Positions 10,817-19,748 of a stretch of DNA of 64,000 nt are shown here, one piece after another (position 1 is the first letter of the stretch; each line of letters starts with the position of its first letter). A program made the translations under genes and the position numbers. Source of the stretch: Alphaproteobacteria bacterium (GTDB lineage: Bacteria; Pseudomonadota; Alphaproteobacteria; Bin95); NCBI GenBank assembly GCA_964291285.2, contig OZ219787.1, positions 576,001 to 640,000 on the forward strand. The letters run 5' to 3'. Below the pieces are notes generated by a model. That model was not told where the DNA came from. It saw nothing but the letters and a program-made list of their open reading frames with translations, and did not search any database.

Positions 10817-10844
10817 GCCGCCCCGGACCGCAGTCCGGGGCGGC
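10817..10844. repeat. Perfect 12-bp GC-rich hairpin (REP-like or terminator-like) just past the HTH gene stop
   Basis: GCCGCCCCGGAC-CGCA-GTCCGGGGCGGC. Confidence 0.7.
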
Positions 10845-10866
10845 AAGGAGGTACGGAGCGGACCGG

Positions 10867-11310
10867 CTACCCGGAAGGAGGGAACACGGGGGCCTTCCAC
10901 CGCTTCCGCCTGCGGCGCACCGCGAGGCGGCGGCTGCGCTCCATGCGGTGGCGCCGGAGGAATCTGCACAAGGTCGGGCCGGAGAGCCGCACGCCCTCGG
11001 CGGCCAGCGCCTCGCTCAGCGCCCGGCTGGACAGTTCGGGCCGCGCCTCAAGGATACGGACGATCCGCTCGCGCTCCGCCTCCACCCGCGAGGGGCGCCC
11101 GCCGCGCGCGTCCTCCCGCACATGCCCGCGCTCGCGAAACCGTCTCACCCAGCGGCTGACGCTCGTGGCGGCCAGCCCGAACCGCGCCGCCGCCGCCTTG
11201 ACGCTCAGGCCCTCTTCCAGCACCGCCGCCACCGCCCGGCCCCGCAGTTGCGCGGCGACCGCCCGGCCCCGCCGGGACTCCGTCAGCGCACCTTCCGGTT
11301 CGTTCGCCAT
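10867..11310 (-). CDS. Stand-alone IS630/Tc1-like (paired-like) double HTH protein, no DDE domain (copy 1)
   Basis: LRGRAVAAVLEEGLSVKAAAARFGLAATSVSRWVRRFRERGHV..GG..RERIVRILEARP..LAAEG..TLCRFLRRH; purine-rich RBS; only ~157 bp to the next gene downstream. Confidence 0.8.
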   Translation of the reverse strand: MANEPEGALTESRRGRAVAAQLRGRAVAAVLEEGLSVKAAAARFGLAATSVSRWVRRFRERGHVREDARGGRPSRVEAERERIVRILEARPELSSRALSEALAAEGVRLSGPTLCRFLRRHRMERSRRLAVRRRRKRWKAPVFPPSG

Positions 11311-11524
11311 CCTTCCCGCTCCTCTCCGACTGCGCCCGCCATGGGCCAACTCCACCGACAGAACGGCGCCCCGCCGCCGTTTTTGCGCGCGCATCTCCCC
11401 CGTCTACCGCCCGGCCCCCGGCCGCCGGCAGTTTCTTTCCAAATTCGTGCCGGAAGGGACGCCGCCATGCGCCCGATCCGATAGCCCGTCAGGTCATCCC
11501 TCGCTCGACTTCCTGCTTTGCGAT

Positions 11525-11559
11525 GGAACATATATAGAATATATGGGGATAAAGTCAAG
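11525..11559 (-). promoter_or_regulatory. sigma70 promoter overlapped by a LexA (SOS) box, copy 1
   Basis: Minus strand CTTGAC-N16-CTATAT; GAAC-ATATATA-GAAT at 11526-11540 resembles the alphaproteobacterial GAAC-N7-GAAC box. Confidence 0.7.
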
Positions 11560-11573
11560 GCCGGAGACGCCGC

Positions 11574-11634
11574 CCCTTCGACAGGCTCAGGGCAGGCTCC
11601 TCCGCCATGCCCGGAACAAGGCCGGGCGTGGCGG
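11574..11634. repeat. REP-like elements: CCCTTCGACAGGCTCAGG motif and a 13-bp hairpin
   Basis: ccccttcgacaggctcagggcaggctc, then ccgccatgcccgg-N7-ccgggcgtggcgg (11602-11634, one G-U pair). Confidence 0.55.
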
Positions 11635-11679
11635 GAAGAAGACAGGGGCCCGCATGGAGACCGCTGGCGCAAACACCCG

Positions 11680-12455
11680 CTACCCCTTGCGCCCCCGCAG
11701 GTCCGAAACGGCGACGGAACGCGCCCTCGCGCGGCATTCCCTGTATGCCGTCCTGCTTCCCTTACCGCCGCCAAAGCGCTCCCGGCAGTCCCTCTCCAGA
11801 CGCCTCTTTTCCATAATCAGCAGGTTGTTGTCTCCGAGCGAGCCGCAAACGCCGTCTCCGTTCCAGCCTTTGCCGCCCCCGGTTGCCGGATGCCCGATGC
11901 AACTCTCCTCAACCTGCTTGCCCGCTCGCCAGTTGCAGGTGACGCCCCTGCCGTTTTTCCACCCGTATGTGCCCCGGCCGTGGAAACGACTGTCCCTGAA
12001 CTGCCCGATATAGCGGGCGCCGTTCCCGCCGATATACACTCCACAACCCTGTATCCCGCGAGGACCGAAATCCCTGTCGCTGGCATAAATGTCGCCATTT
12101 GCCAGATACAGCCTTCCCTTTCCGCGAATTTCCCCATCGACGAACCAGCCTTCGTAGCGGTCGCCGGCAGCGGCCTTGCGCCGGGCTGCGCGCTGACCTT
12201 CGCCGGGTCGGACAGGACAGCGGCGAATGTCGAGGAGCCGCGCTCGTAGTCCCGCTGCCTCGTATCGAGATTGAGGGAACGCCTGCCGGTGACATCGTCC
12301 ACCTTCGTCAAGGCGCCGGCCGTCTCGTGAAGAAGCGTGTCGGTCGCCTTGGCGGCTTCCCCGACCGTCGAGGCAAATTCCCCAATGCCTTCGCAGGCGG
12401 AAAGCGCAAGAACGGCAAGCCCGGCAAGCATCGCCCGGGATATCCGGCAAACCAT
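11680..12455 (-). pseudogene. Frameshifted lipoprotein / MORN-repeat gene
   Basis: Lipobox N-terminus (LALSAC) in one frame; MORN repeats (GDRYEGWFVDGEIRGKG, GARYIGQFRDSRFHGRG) in another; frame switch near 12160-12185. Confidence 0.65.
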
Positions 12456-12483
12456 GGAATCCCCCTCCAGAAAGCCCCTCGGC

Positions 12484-13980
12484 CTAGCGCCCCCACCTCT
12501 TGCGCTGCTTCACGTTCCTGTCCGTGAGGGTGCCGCAGACGCCTTCGCCCCGGTAGCGCGCGCCGATGCCCGTCACCCGGTGGGCCTTGCAGCTTTCCAC
12601 GACCCGCTGGCCGTCCCGCCAGTCGCAGGTGGCCGCCACGCCCTCGGCCCACTCATAGGTGCCCCGGCCATGGAAGCGGCCGTCGCGGAACTGCCCCAGA
12701 TAGCGGTCTCCGTTCGCGCGGACATAGAGGCCGCAGCCCTGGAAGCCCCGGCTGTCGAACTCGCCGTCGCCGCCATAGACGTCGCCATTGGCGAGATACA
12801 TCGTGCCGCGCCCGCGAATCCCGCCGTCGGCGAACTCGCCCACATAGCGGTCCCCGTTGGCGAAGGTGAGGACGCCCCGTCCGTGCGGCCTGCCATCCAT
12901 GTGCTGGCCTTCATATTTCGCCTCTTCGCGGTCCGCCCCCTCCGGAGCCGCCGCTGCTGCCTTCTGTCCTTCCCCGCGCCCCGCCGCGCCGGCCGGAACC
13001 GGCAGGGCGCCGCGCCAGGACGCCGTGCGGAAACAGACGGCCGCGGCCCGGCCGGGAAACGTTCCGTCCGCCGGATGCTCGACACAGCTTCCCTCGACCT
13101 CCGCATCGCCCCGCCATTCACAGGTCTTCATGAGCCCGTCCGGCCAGGCGTAGCTGCCGAGGCCGTGAAATCTGTCGCGCCGGAACTCTCCGGCGTAATA
13201 CTCCCCATTGGCCCAGATATAGGCTCCGCATCCGTGGAATTGGTCATCGCGGACGTCGCCGACATAGCGGTTTCCGTCCGCCATCGTCCAGTCGCCGAAT
13301 CCGTAAAATCTCCCGTCCCTGAAATCCCCCTCGTAACGTTCGCCCCCGGGGCTGTCGTAGATGCCTTTTCCGTGCATCTTCCCGTCGCGCACTTCCCCGA
13401 TATAGCGGTCCCCGTTCGCCATGGACGAGACGGCGTTGCCCTGGAATTTTCCATCCAGGAAATCGCCGTCATAACGCTCGCCGTCAGGCCAGAAATATAC
13501 GCCCCGTCCATGGAACTTCCCGTTCCGGAACGCGCCGACATAGCGGTGGCCGTCGGGCGAATGCCACTCGCCCTGTCCGTCGGCGACGCCTTTTCGCCTC
13601 TGGCCCCGGAATTCCGGCGCCGCTTCGCCTCCCCCCGCCGTTCGCGGCGCCGGACGCGGCAGCGGGACGCCCAGCGCCGTCCGCCGCGGCAGGTCGGGCT
13701 TCGCTTCCACGACCGGCTCGATCTTTTCGGGATCTACGGGAGCCGTGGTCAAAATCCGGGCCTGCCGGTCGCGCTCGACCTGTTTGGTCCTGTGATGGAC
13801 GGCGTGTTTCCGGGCGGCCTTTCCCGCCTTCGCCACCGGCGCCTTTTTCTCCTGGAACTGGGCGCGCAGACCAGACCCGAATTTGTCGAAATCAGACCCG
13901 ATTTTCCGGGCCGCCTCGCAGGAAGAAAGCACGAAAACCACGAGGCAAGCAGCGAGGACCCTGACTGCGAGGTTTTTCAT
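12484..13980 (-). CDS. MORN-repeat lipoprotein
   Basis: Lipobox LSSC; more than ten G-x-R-Y-x-G-x-F-x-DG-x-x-HG-x-G repeats. Confidence 0.88.
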   Translation of the reverse strand: MKNLAVRVLAACLVVFVLSSCEAARKIGSDFDKFGSGLRAQFQEKKAPVAKAGKAARKHAVHHRTKQVERDRQARILTTAPVDPEKIEPVVEAKPDLPRRTALGVPLPRPAPRTAGGGEAAPEFRGQRRKGVADGQGEWHSPDGHRYVGAFRNGKFHGRGVYFWPDGERYDGDFLDGKFQGNAVSSMANGDRYIGEVRDGKMHGKGIYDSPGGERYEGDFRDGRFYGFGDWTMADGNRYVGDVRDDQFHGCGAYIWANGEYYAGEFRRDRFHGLGSYAWPDGLMKTCEWRGDAEVEGSCVEHPADGTFPGRAAAVCFRTASWRGALPVPAGAAGRGEGQKAAAAAPEGADREEAKYEGQHMDGRPHGRGVLTFANGDRYVGEFADGGIRGRGTMYLANGDVYGGDGEFDSRGFQGCGLYVRANGDRYLGQFRDGRFHGRGTYEWAEGVAATCDWRDGQRVVESCKAHRVTGIGARYRGEGVCGTLTDRNVKQRKRWGR

Positions 13981-14060
13981 GGAACCGCGTTCGCTGCCTC
14001 CCGCAACATACCTCTAGCTGCGGCGTCCCGGCATCGTCAAGTCGGCCGGACGCCGGGCCG

Positions 14061-15002
14061 TCAGCCCGAAGCGGCGCGCAGGCGAACAAGAGCGTAGAGC
14101 GCGTCGATTACCGGGGTTTCGATGCCGGCCATGCGGCCGAGTTCTCGCACCGACCCCAGGGTCGGGTCGAGTTCCGGGGGCCGGCCGCGCTCGATGTCCT
14201 GGAGCAGGGACGGGCGGTGGGTATCGAAGCCTGCCGTCTTGTTTATGCGGTCCTCGGTCGAGATCGGGATTTCGACCCCGAAGGCGCGGGCGACGGCCTT
14301 GCATTCCTCCATCGCGCCGCGGACGACATGGCGCGCGCCCTCGTCCCGCGCCGTCTCGCCGACGGATGCGCTGGCGAGGGCGGCAACCGGAGCGATGGAG
14401 ACATTGGCGAGCAGCTTGAGCCAGATGTCGGTGCGGATGTCGGCGCTGACCGCAACCCCGATGCCGGCTCCGCGCAGGAGGTCCGCGAGCGCGGCAAGCC
14501 GGGGCGAATGGCTCCCGTCCGGCTCGCCCATCCGGTATTCCGCGCCGCCGGTGTGGTGGACGGTGCCGGGGGCGGAAACCTCGGCCGCGACGAAGGTGAT
14601 GCAGCCGATGGCGCGCCCGGGCGCGATTGCGGCCTGTATGCGCCCGCCCGGATCGACGCTCTCGATGCGCCGGCCGTCCAGCCCGTGGAAATACCAGTAG
14701 GGCAGCCCGTTCATGGCCGTCACGACGGCCGTCTCCGGTCCGAGCAGCGCCGAGACGCCCGTCAGGGCCCCGGGGAGCTGGTGGCTCTTCAGCGTGATGA
14801 AGACGGCGTCCTGCGGGCCGAGTTCGGCTGCATCGGCGCTCGCCGGCAGCCGGACCGTGCGCCCGCCCATGCTGAGGCCGCGCGCGCGTATGGCGTCGAG
14901 ATGCGCCCCGCGCGCCACGACCGAAACATCCGCGCCCGCGCCGGCCAGCGAAACCGCGAGGTGGCCGCCTATGGCGCCCGCGCCGTAAACCGCAATCCGC
15001 AT
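14061..15002 (-). CDS. Ketopantoate reductase (ApbA/PanE) family oxidoreductase
   Basis: GAGAIGG, LKSH, MNGLPYWYF, IWLKLLAN, SLLQDIERGRPPE. Confidence 0.88.
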   Translation of the reverse strand: MRIAVYGAGAIGGHLAVSLAGAGADVSVVARGAHLDAIRARGLSMGGRTVRLPASADAAELGPQDAVFITLKSHQLPGALTGVSALLGPETAVVTAMNGLPYWYFHGLDGRRIESVDPGGRIQAAIAPGRAIGCITFVAAEVSAPGTVHHTGGAEYRMGEPDGSHSPRLAALADLLRGAGIGVAVSADIRTDIWLKLLANVSIAPVAALASASVGETARDEGARHVVRGAMEECKAVARAFGVEIPISTEDRINKTAGFDTHRPSLLQDIERGRPPELDPTLGSVRELGRMAGIETPVIDALYALVRLRAASG

Positions 15003-15052
15003 GAGGCCCCCTTCCCCTTGCAGACAGGTTTACGACCGGAGGGCGTCCGCCT

Positions 15053-16135
15053 TCAACCGGGGCGCGCGGGCGCGGCCGTGAAATGGGGCACGTAGTCCCG
15101 GTTGTGCCTGAGGAGCCGCTCGTCGGTGCCGAGCGCATAGTGCTTCGACATGTCAGGGCTGTAACGGCTGGCCGCGGGCATGCGCCCGATGGCCTCCGCC
15201 ATGGCGCGGATATGGTGCGGGCCGGTGCCGCAGCAGCAGCCGAAATAGCGCAGGCCCAGTTCGTGGCACTTGCTGGCGAAATCGCCCATCTCGTAGCGGG
15301 TGCACTGGAAGGGGTCGAGCCCGACCGGGAAGCTCAGGCCCCCCGGCAGCGCTTCGGGAAACGGCATGGCGTCGTCCACCAGCGCGCCGAAGGCCGGCTG
15401 CAGGGCGGTGGTCCGGTAGGCGACGGCCCAGGTGCAGAGCCGTGCCGGGTCCACCTCCCCGGCGACCTCGCGGAGGAGCGGATACATGGTCGCCGGACCC
15501 CGGTGGCAATTGAAGCCGACCAGATGCGCGCCCTCGTCCAGCGAAATGCGGCAGGCTTCGGCCAGCGAGCCGTCGAAATCCCGGAGCTTGCCCGAGCGGT
15601 GGATCGCAAAGCCGAGCACGAGCGGCAGGCCCGCCTGCCGGCAGACGTCTATGGCGATCTTCGCTTCGCCCAGATGCGACAGCGTCTCGCAGACGATGTA
15701 ATCGACGCCTTCTTCCGCCGCCCAGCCGATCTGTTCCTCAAACATCTCGCGCGCGGTTACGTACGTCGCCGGGTCGTCCGGGTCGTATCTGTTGGTGTTG
15801 CACGTGCCGCCGGCGAGGAGCGTGCCGGGATGGCGCAGGGCGACCTTGCGGGCAATGGCGATGGCGTCGCGGTTGAGCCGCTCCAGCAGGTGCTCCCTGC
15901 CGATCAGGCGGAGCCTCTCGCGGTGGCCGTAATAGGTGAAGGCGAGCACCACGTCGGAGCCGCAGCGCACGAATTCCTCGTGAAGCTGCTCGACGACTTC
16001 CGGATGGTCGATCACCACTTCGGGCACATAGGCCCCCGCCTGCAGGTAGCCGCGCCGCTCCATCTCGAACAGGTAGCCGCTGCCGTGGATGACCGCCTGT
16101 CCGGCGGCCAGGCGTTCCATCAGCGCTCCGGCCAT
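15053..16135 (-). CDS. Homocysteine S-methyltransferase, betaine-homocysteine methyltransferase-like
   Basis: GYLFEMERRGYLQAGAYVPEVV, GFNCHRGP, GCCCG Zn ligands, HHIRAMAEA. Confidence 0.88.
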   Translation of the reverse strand: MAGALMERLAAGQAVIHGSGYLFEMERRGYLQAGAYVPEVVIDHPEVVEQLHEEFVRCGSDVVLAFTYYGHRERLRLIGREHLLERLNRDAIAIARKVALRHPGTLLAGGTCNTNRYDPDDPATYVTAREMFEEQIGWAAEEGVDYIVCETLSHLGEAKIAIDVCRQAGLPLVLGFAIHRSGKLRDFDGSLAEACRISLDEGAHLVGFNCHRGPATMYPLLREVAGEVDPARLCTWAVAYRTTALQPAFGALVDDAMPFPEALPGGLSFPVGLDPFQCTRYEMGDFASKCHELGLRYFGCCCGTGPHHIRAMAEAIGRMPAASRYSPDMSKHYALGTDERLLRHNRDYVPHFTAAPARPG

Positions 16136-16301
16136 GACCGTCCTCCCCTGTCTGCTGCCGGTGGGAAAGCCTGACAGGGCCGGCACGCGCCATTGGCCCG
16201 ATTTCCGACGCGAATACGCCCGTTTGCGTCACCGGCAGTCGCGACGAAGCTGGTTGCGCCCGGCCCGTGGTCCCCCGAAATGTGAATTTATATTTTCTAT
16301 T

Positions 16302-16331
16302 TTGACATCATGAGGAATATTCATTTATCGT
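16302..16331 (+). promoter_or_regulatory. Putative sigma70 promoter for the DUF1353 gene
   Basis: TTGACA-N18-TATCGT in an AT-rich island, with a GAATATTC palindrome in the spacer. Confidence 0.45.
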
Positions 16332-16444
16332 TTACGCCTCTTCAGCCGCCGCTTCCGGGAGGATGCTATCGATGTCCGGCGCTTTCGGTCCCGTCCCCGC
16401 GGAAGGCCGCGCCCGTCTCAAGTCCTGATTTGCGGAGCGCCGGC

Positions 16445-16909
16445 ATGGCCCCCAGGCAACCCATCGTCGCACCGCATGCAGCGGAAAACACCTATGAGCT
16501 CAGGCGCGATTACCGACTGGAAATAGAGGGCGTCGCCGTCGTCGTTCCCAAATTCTTCACATTCGACGGCGCCAGCATGCCCGCCCCCGCCTGGATGTTC
16601 ACCTACACGCCCTTTCATCCGGACGTGATGCTGCCGTCCCTGATCCATGACTGGATGTACTACAATCACCAGGAGAACCGGGAAATTACCGACGACATAT
16701 TCTTTACCCTGCTGAAGAACAACGGAGTCAGCAATTTCATGGCGAATGCGATGTGGGGCGCCGTAAGGGCAGGGGGAGACTTCTTCTGGGACAATGATGA
16801 CGACGATCTCGAAATGCTGACTGCGCTGTGCAGAAAGGCGCGGCAACGGCCGAATTTCGACGGATACAAATTTCCGGAAGACGTGATCGCCCAAGCTTCC
16901 GGAAACTAG
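16445..16909 (+). CDS. DUF1353-like protein
   Basis: VVVPKFFTFDGASMP, SLIHDWMY, DDIF...L, MWGAVRAGG pattern. Confidence 0.75.
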   Translation: MAPRQPIVAPHAAENTYELRRDYRLEIEGVAVVVPKFFTFDGASMPAPAWMFTYTPFHPDVMLPSLIHDWMYYNHQENREITDDIFFTLLKNNGVSNFMANAMWGAVRAGGDFFWDNDDDDLEMLTALCRKARQRPNFDGYKFPEDVIAQASGN

Positions 16910-17556
16910 CCGGCGCCGGCCGCCAGGTCGAGGCAGGCCCGCAGCGCCTCCACCGCCGCCTCGAAGGATGGCGCCGCCGGATAACCACCGGTTTCGATAG
17001 CAGCATATTCATCCGGCAGGCCCTTGCGGCCCAGCGCATGGCGAAGCGTGGCGCCGTGGATGCGCAGAATGTTCAGGAAGTCCGGCGTCCCGAACAACCG
17101 CGGCGCAGCGCGAGACACGACCGCGAAATCGTATATGTCGCGAGCAGCAAGTCCGGCCGCCCTGTGGTGAAATTTTCGCGCGATGATTTCCTCGTCCGGC
17201 ATCACCCGCACCACACCCGCCACACCGGGCACGGCCAGGCGTTCGTCCTCGACAGCATCCGGCAATACCTGCATGGACACGATGAAATCGACTTCGTGGG
17301 TTCCATATTCGAGGCGAACGACATTGGCTGTTTCCCGGTAGGGGACCTGCAAATCGTTCAGCCTGGGGCTGAGCAGGCCGAGAAACTGGATGTCTTCGAG
17401 GAAGATGTCGATGTCATGGCTGATGCGGTGTCCATGACGCAGGGCCAGAACGGTTCCGCCTCCCCAGCGCCAGTCATCGCGGGCGAGGCCGGCGCGGTCG
17501 AGAATCCCGACGGCGTCCGCCAGCCAGCCAGCCCAGGGCGCAGCGTTGTCAGACAC
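16906..17556 (-). CDS. AbiEii/AbiGii-family nucleotidyltransferase toxin
   Basis: WRWGGGTVLALRHGHRISHDIDIF, EEIIARK, ARDIYD; GTG start overlapping the upstream ORF. Confidence 0.85.
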   Translation of the reverse strand: MSDNAAPWAGWLADAVGILDRAGLARDDWRWGGGTVLALRHGHRISHDIDIFLEDIQFLGLLSPRLNDLQVPYRETANVVRLEYGTHEVDFIVSMQVLPDAVEDERLAVPGVAGVVRVMPDEEIIARKFHHRAAGLAARDIYDFAVVSRAAPRLFGTPDFLNILRIHGATLRHALGRKGLPDEYAAIETGGYPAAPSFEAAVEALRACLDLAAGAG

Positions 17557-17833
17557 CTCGTTGCATCCGGTCGAGCGCGGCGATGTCGAGGCCGAAGAGT
17601 TCGACCAGCCGCCGTTCGACCGCCGCCGCGGTGAGGCCCACATCGGCCGCAAGCGGCGCGAGACCCGTTGCCGGCGTCTCCAGCAGGGCCTGCCTCACCC
17701 GCGCGACCTCCGGGCCCTCCGGCGCGGCGCCGCGCAGAATGGCCGCGAGGCGCTCCGGCGCCAGCCGGCCGTGACTGACCGAGCCGTGCCGGGCATAGCT
17801 GCGCAGGGCCGCTCCGCTGGACATGGGTTCCAT
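17549..17833 (-). CDS. Small hypothetical protein, putative partner/antitoxin of the AbiEii gene
   Basis: ~94-aa ORF overlapping the toxin start by 8 nt; no recognisable family. Confidence 0.55.
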   Translation of the reverse strand: MEPMSSGAALRSYARHGSVSHGRLAPERLAAILRGAAPEGPEVARVRQALLETPATGLAPLAADVGLTAAAVERRLVELFGLDIAALDRMQRGV

Positions 17834-17886
17834 TATAGGGCCTCCATGGGGGAAGTCCGCACCCAGGCAGGCAGCCGGAGGCCCCC

Positions 17887-18717
17887 ATGACATCGTTTCG
17901 CGAGATTTCGGAAACCGGGGCGGAGGGCGAAATCGCCGTCGTCTATGACGAAATCCGCGGAACCTGTGCCGTGCCCTATGTGTCGTCGCTGTTCCGGCAT
18001 CTGGCCGCCTATCCGGGCCTCCTGCCCTGGGCCTGGCGGGCGCTGCGGCCGGCGCTTCTTTCCGGGGCGGCGCAGCAGCTCGCCTGGCAGCGCGTCGATG
18101 TATCCGGCCTGCCGCCCTTGCCGCCCCTTTCCCGCGCGGCGCTTGCCGGCCTCGGGGTCGATGCGGGCGGCCTCGATGCGATCCGCACCGTCTGCCGCAG
18201 CTTCGCGCGCGTGAGCCCCGTCAACCTCGTCGCCGCCGCCTCGCTCGCCGGGCTGCTCGGCCAGCGCCCGTCCGGTGCGGAACCCGCGGTCCCGCTTGAG
18301 CCGGCCGAATTGCCGGCGCCCTTGCCTGCCATGCCCGGCATGGTTCCGGAAACCGCGATGACGCCCGCGACCCGAACCGCGCTCGCGGCGTTCGAGACGG
18401 ACCTTGCGGGCGAGGTCTTCGTGCCCGGGCTCTACCGCATCCTGGCGCACTGGCCGGGCTTCCTCGCCCATCTCGCCGCCTCGCTCGGGCCGCTGCTGCG
18501 CGACCCTGCCGTGCTCGACATCTGCGAAGGCATTGCCGGGCGGATAACCGCGCTTGCCCCCTCGGTGCTGGCGGCGCTCGAGCCGCCGGCGGAGCCCGCG
18601 CCGCTCACGCCCGGCGAGACCCGGTCCGTCCTCTCGGCGATCCGCGCCTATCGCGGCACGAGCCCGCAAATGGTCGGCTTCGGCACCCTCATCCTCCAGT
18701 CGCTGCCGGACGATTGA
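17887..18717 (+). CDS. DehI-like (group I haloacid dehalogenase fold) protein
   Basis: Internal duplication: E..AEGEIAVVYDEIR...VPYVSSLFRHLAAYP and VPGLYRILAHWP. Confidence 0.6.
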   Translation: MTSFREISETGAEGEIAVVYDEIRGTCAVPYVSSLFRHLAAYPGLLPWAWRALRPALLSGAAQQLAWQRVDVSGLPPLPPLSRAALAGLGVDAGGLDAIRTVCRSFARVSPVNLVAAASLAGLLGQRPSGAEPAVPLEPAELPAPLPAMPGMVPETAMTPATRTALAAFETDLAGEVFVPGLYRILAHWPGFLAHLAASLGPLLRDPAVLDICEGIAGRITALAPSVLAALEPPAEPAPLTPGETRSVLSAIRAYRGTSPQMVGFGTLILQSLPDD

Positions 18718-18797
18718 GCGCGCAGGCGCCGGGTCGAGGCGCGGGCAAGGAGCCGCTATCCTGACGGCATGACATGCCATCGACAGGCCGCGCGCCG

Positions 18798-19715
18798 ATG
18801 ACGGCGCTTTCGGCGCGGGAGGTGCGCGAGGCGGCGGCGCTTGTGCGGGAACGGCGGGCGGCGACGGACCGTGCGCTCAAGCGGCGGGGGCTGACGGTGC
18901 TCGCGGTCGGGCTCTCCTTCGGGCTGGCGCTGCTGCTCGCCTGGGCCGGCGGCTGGCGAATGGAGGAGAGCCGCCTCCAGCTTCTCGTCGTGGTCGGCAC
19001 CGCCTCCTTCGCGGCGATGCTGGTCTGGGCGCTCGCGCCCTCCCGCCGTCAGCTTCTCAGCGAGAAGAGCGCGCTCGCGCCGCTGGTGCTGGAGACGCTG
19101 GGCGATTTCGACTATGCGCCCGGCGGGCGCATCGCAGAGGACATGCTCGCGCGCTCGCGCCTCTTCGGCCGCTGGTCGGACTACAGCGGCGGCGACCTTG
19201 TGCGCGGCGAGCATGAGGGCCTGCCCTTCGGCTATGCCAGGGCGGCGCTGACAAGGGGCGGTCCGGCGAAGCTCGAATCGCTGGTGACCAGCGGCAAGGT
19301 GAAGGAGGTGTTCCGGGGCGCGGTGCTCGCCGTGGAAGGCCTGCCGCCTGCCGCCGGCATGGCCTTCGCCGTCACCGACCGGGGCCGGGCGATGGACTGG
19401 CTGGCCGACCTCAGCGCCGAAATGCCGGAGCTGCGCCGGCGCGAATCGGGCGCGCTGGAGGTCTGGGCCGCAGCCCCGGAGGATGCCGGCCGGCTGGCCC
19501 GGCCCGAACTGGCGGAGGCGCTGGCGGCGCTCTGCCAAGCGGCGGACGCCGGGTCCGCCGAACTCAGCCTGCATGGCACCGCCGCGCTGGTGAAGCTCCA
19601 CACCCGCCGCCCGATCCTGCCCGGCATCGCCGAGGACCCCGTTGACGAGGCCCGCGACCTGCACCGGGAGATGGCGGCCGCCCTCACCCTTGTCGCCGCC
19701 CTGGTGCGTGCTTAG
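18798..19715 (+). CDS. Hypothetical membrane protein (two N-terminal TM helices, DUF3137-like)
   Basis: Two hydrophobic segments then SRLF...DYSGGDLVRG and EVFRG; high GC3. Confidence 0.55.
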   Translation: MTALSAREVREAAALVRERRAATDRALKRRGLTVLAVGLSFGLALLLAWAGGWRMEESRLQLLVVVGTASFAAMLVWALAPSRRQLLSEKSALAPLVLETLGDFDYAPGGRIAEDMLARSRLFGRWSDYSGGDLVRGEHEGLPFGYARAALTRGGPAKLESLVTSGKVKEVFRGAVLAVEGLPPAAGMAFAVTDRGRAMDWLADLSAEMPELRRRESGALEVWAAAPEDAGRLARPELAEALAALCQAADAGSAELSLHGTAALVKLHTRRPILPGIAEDPVDEARDLHREMAAALTLVAALVRA

Positions 19716-19748
19716 GCTTCGGCGGCGGTGGCAGGAGGGGGAACGCCG

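Noticed and set aside
10867-11310. Calling the HTH ORFs active IS630 elements
   Set aside because: No DDE domain, frameshift motif or identifiable terminal inverted repeats, and the copies are too divergent for recent transposition.
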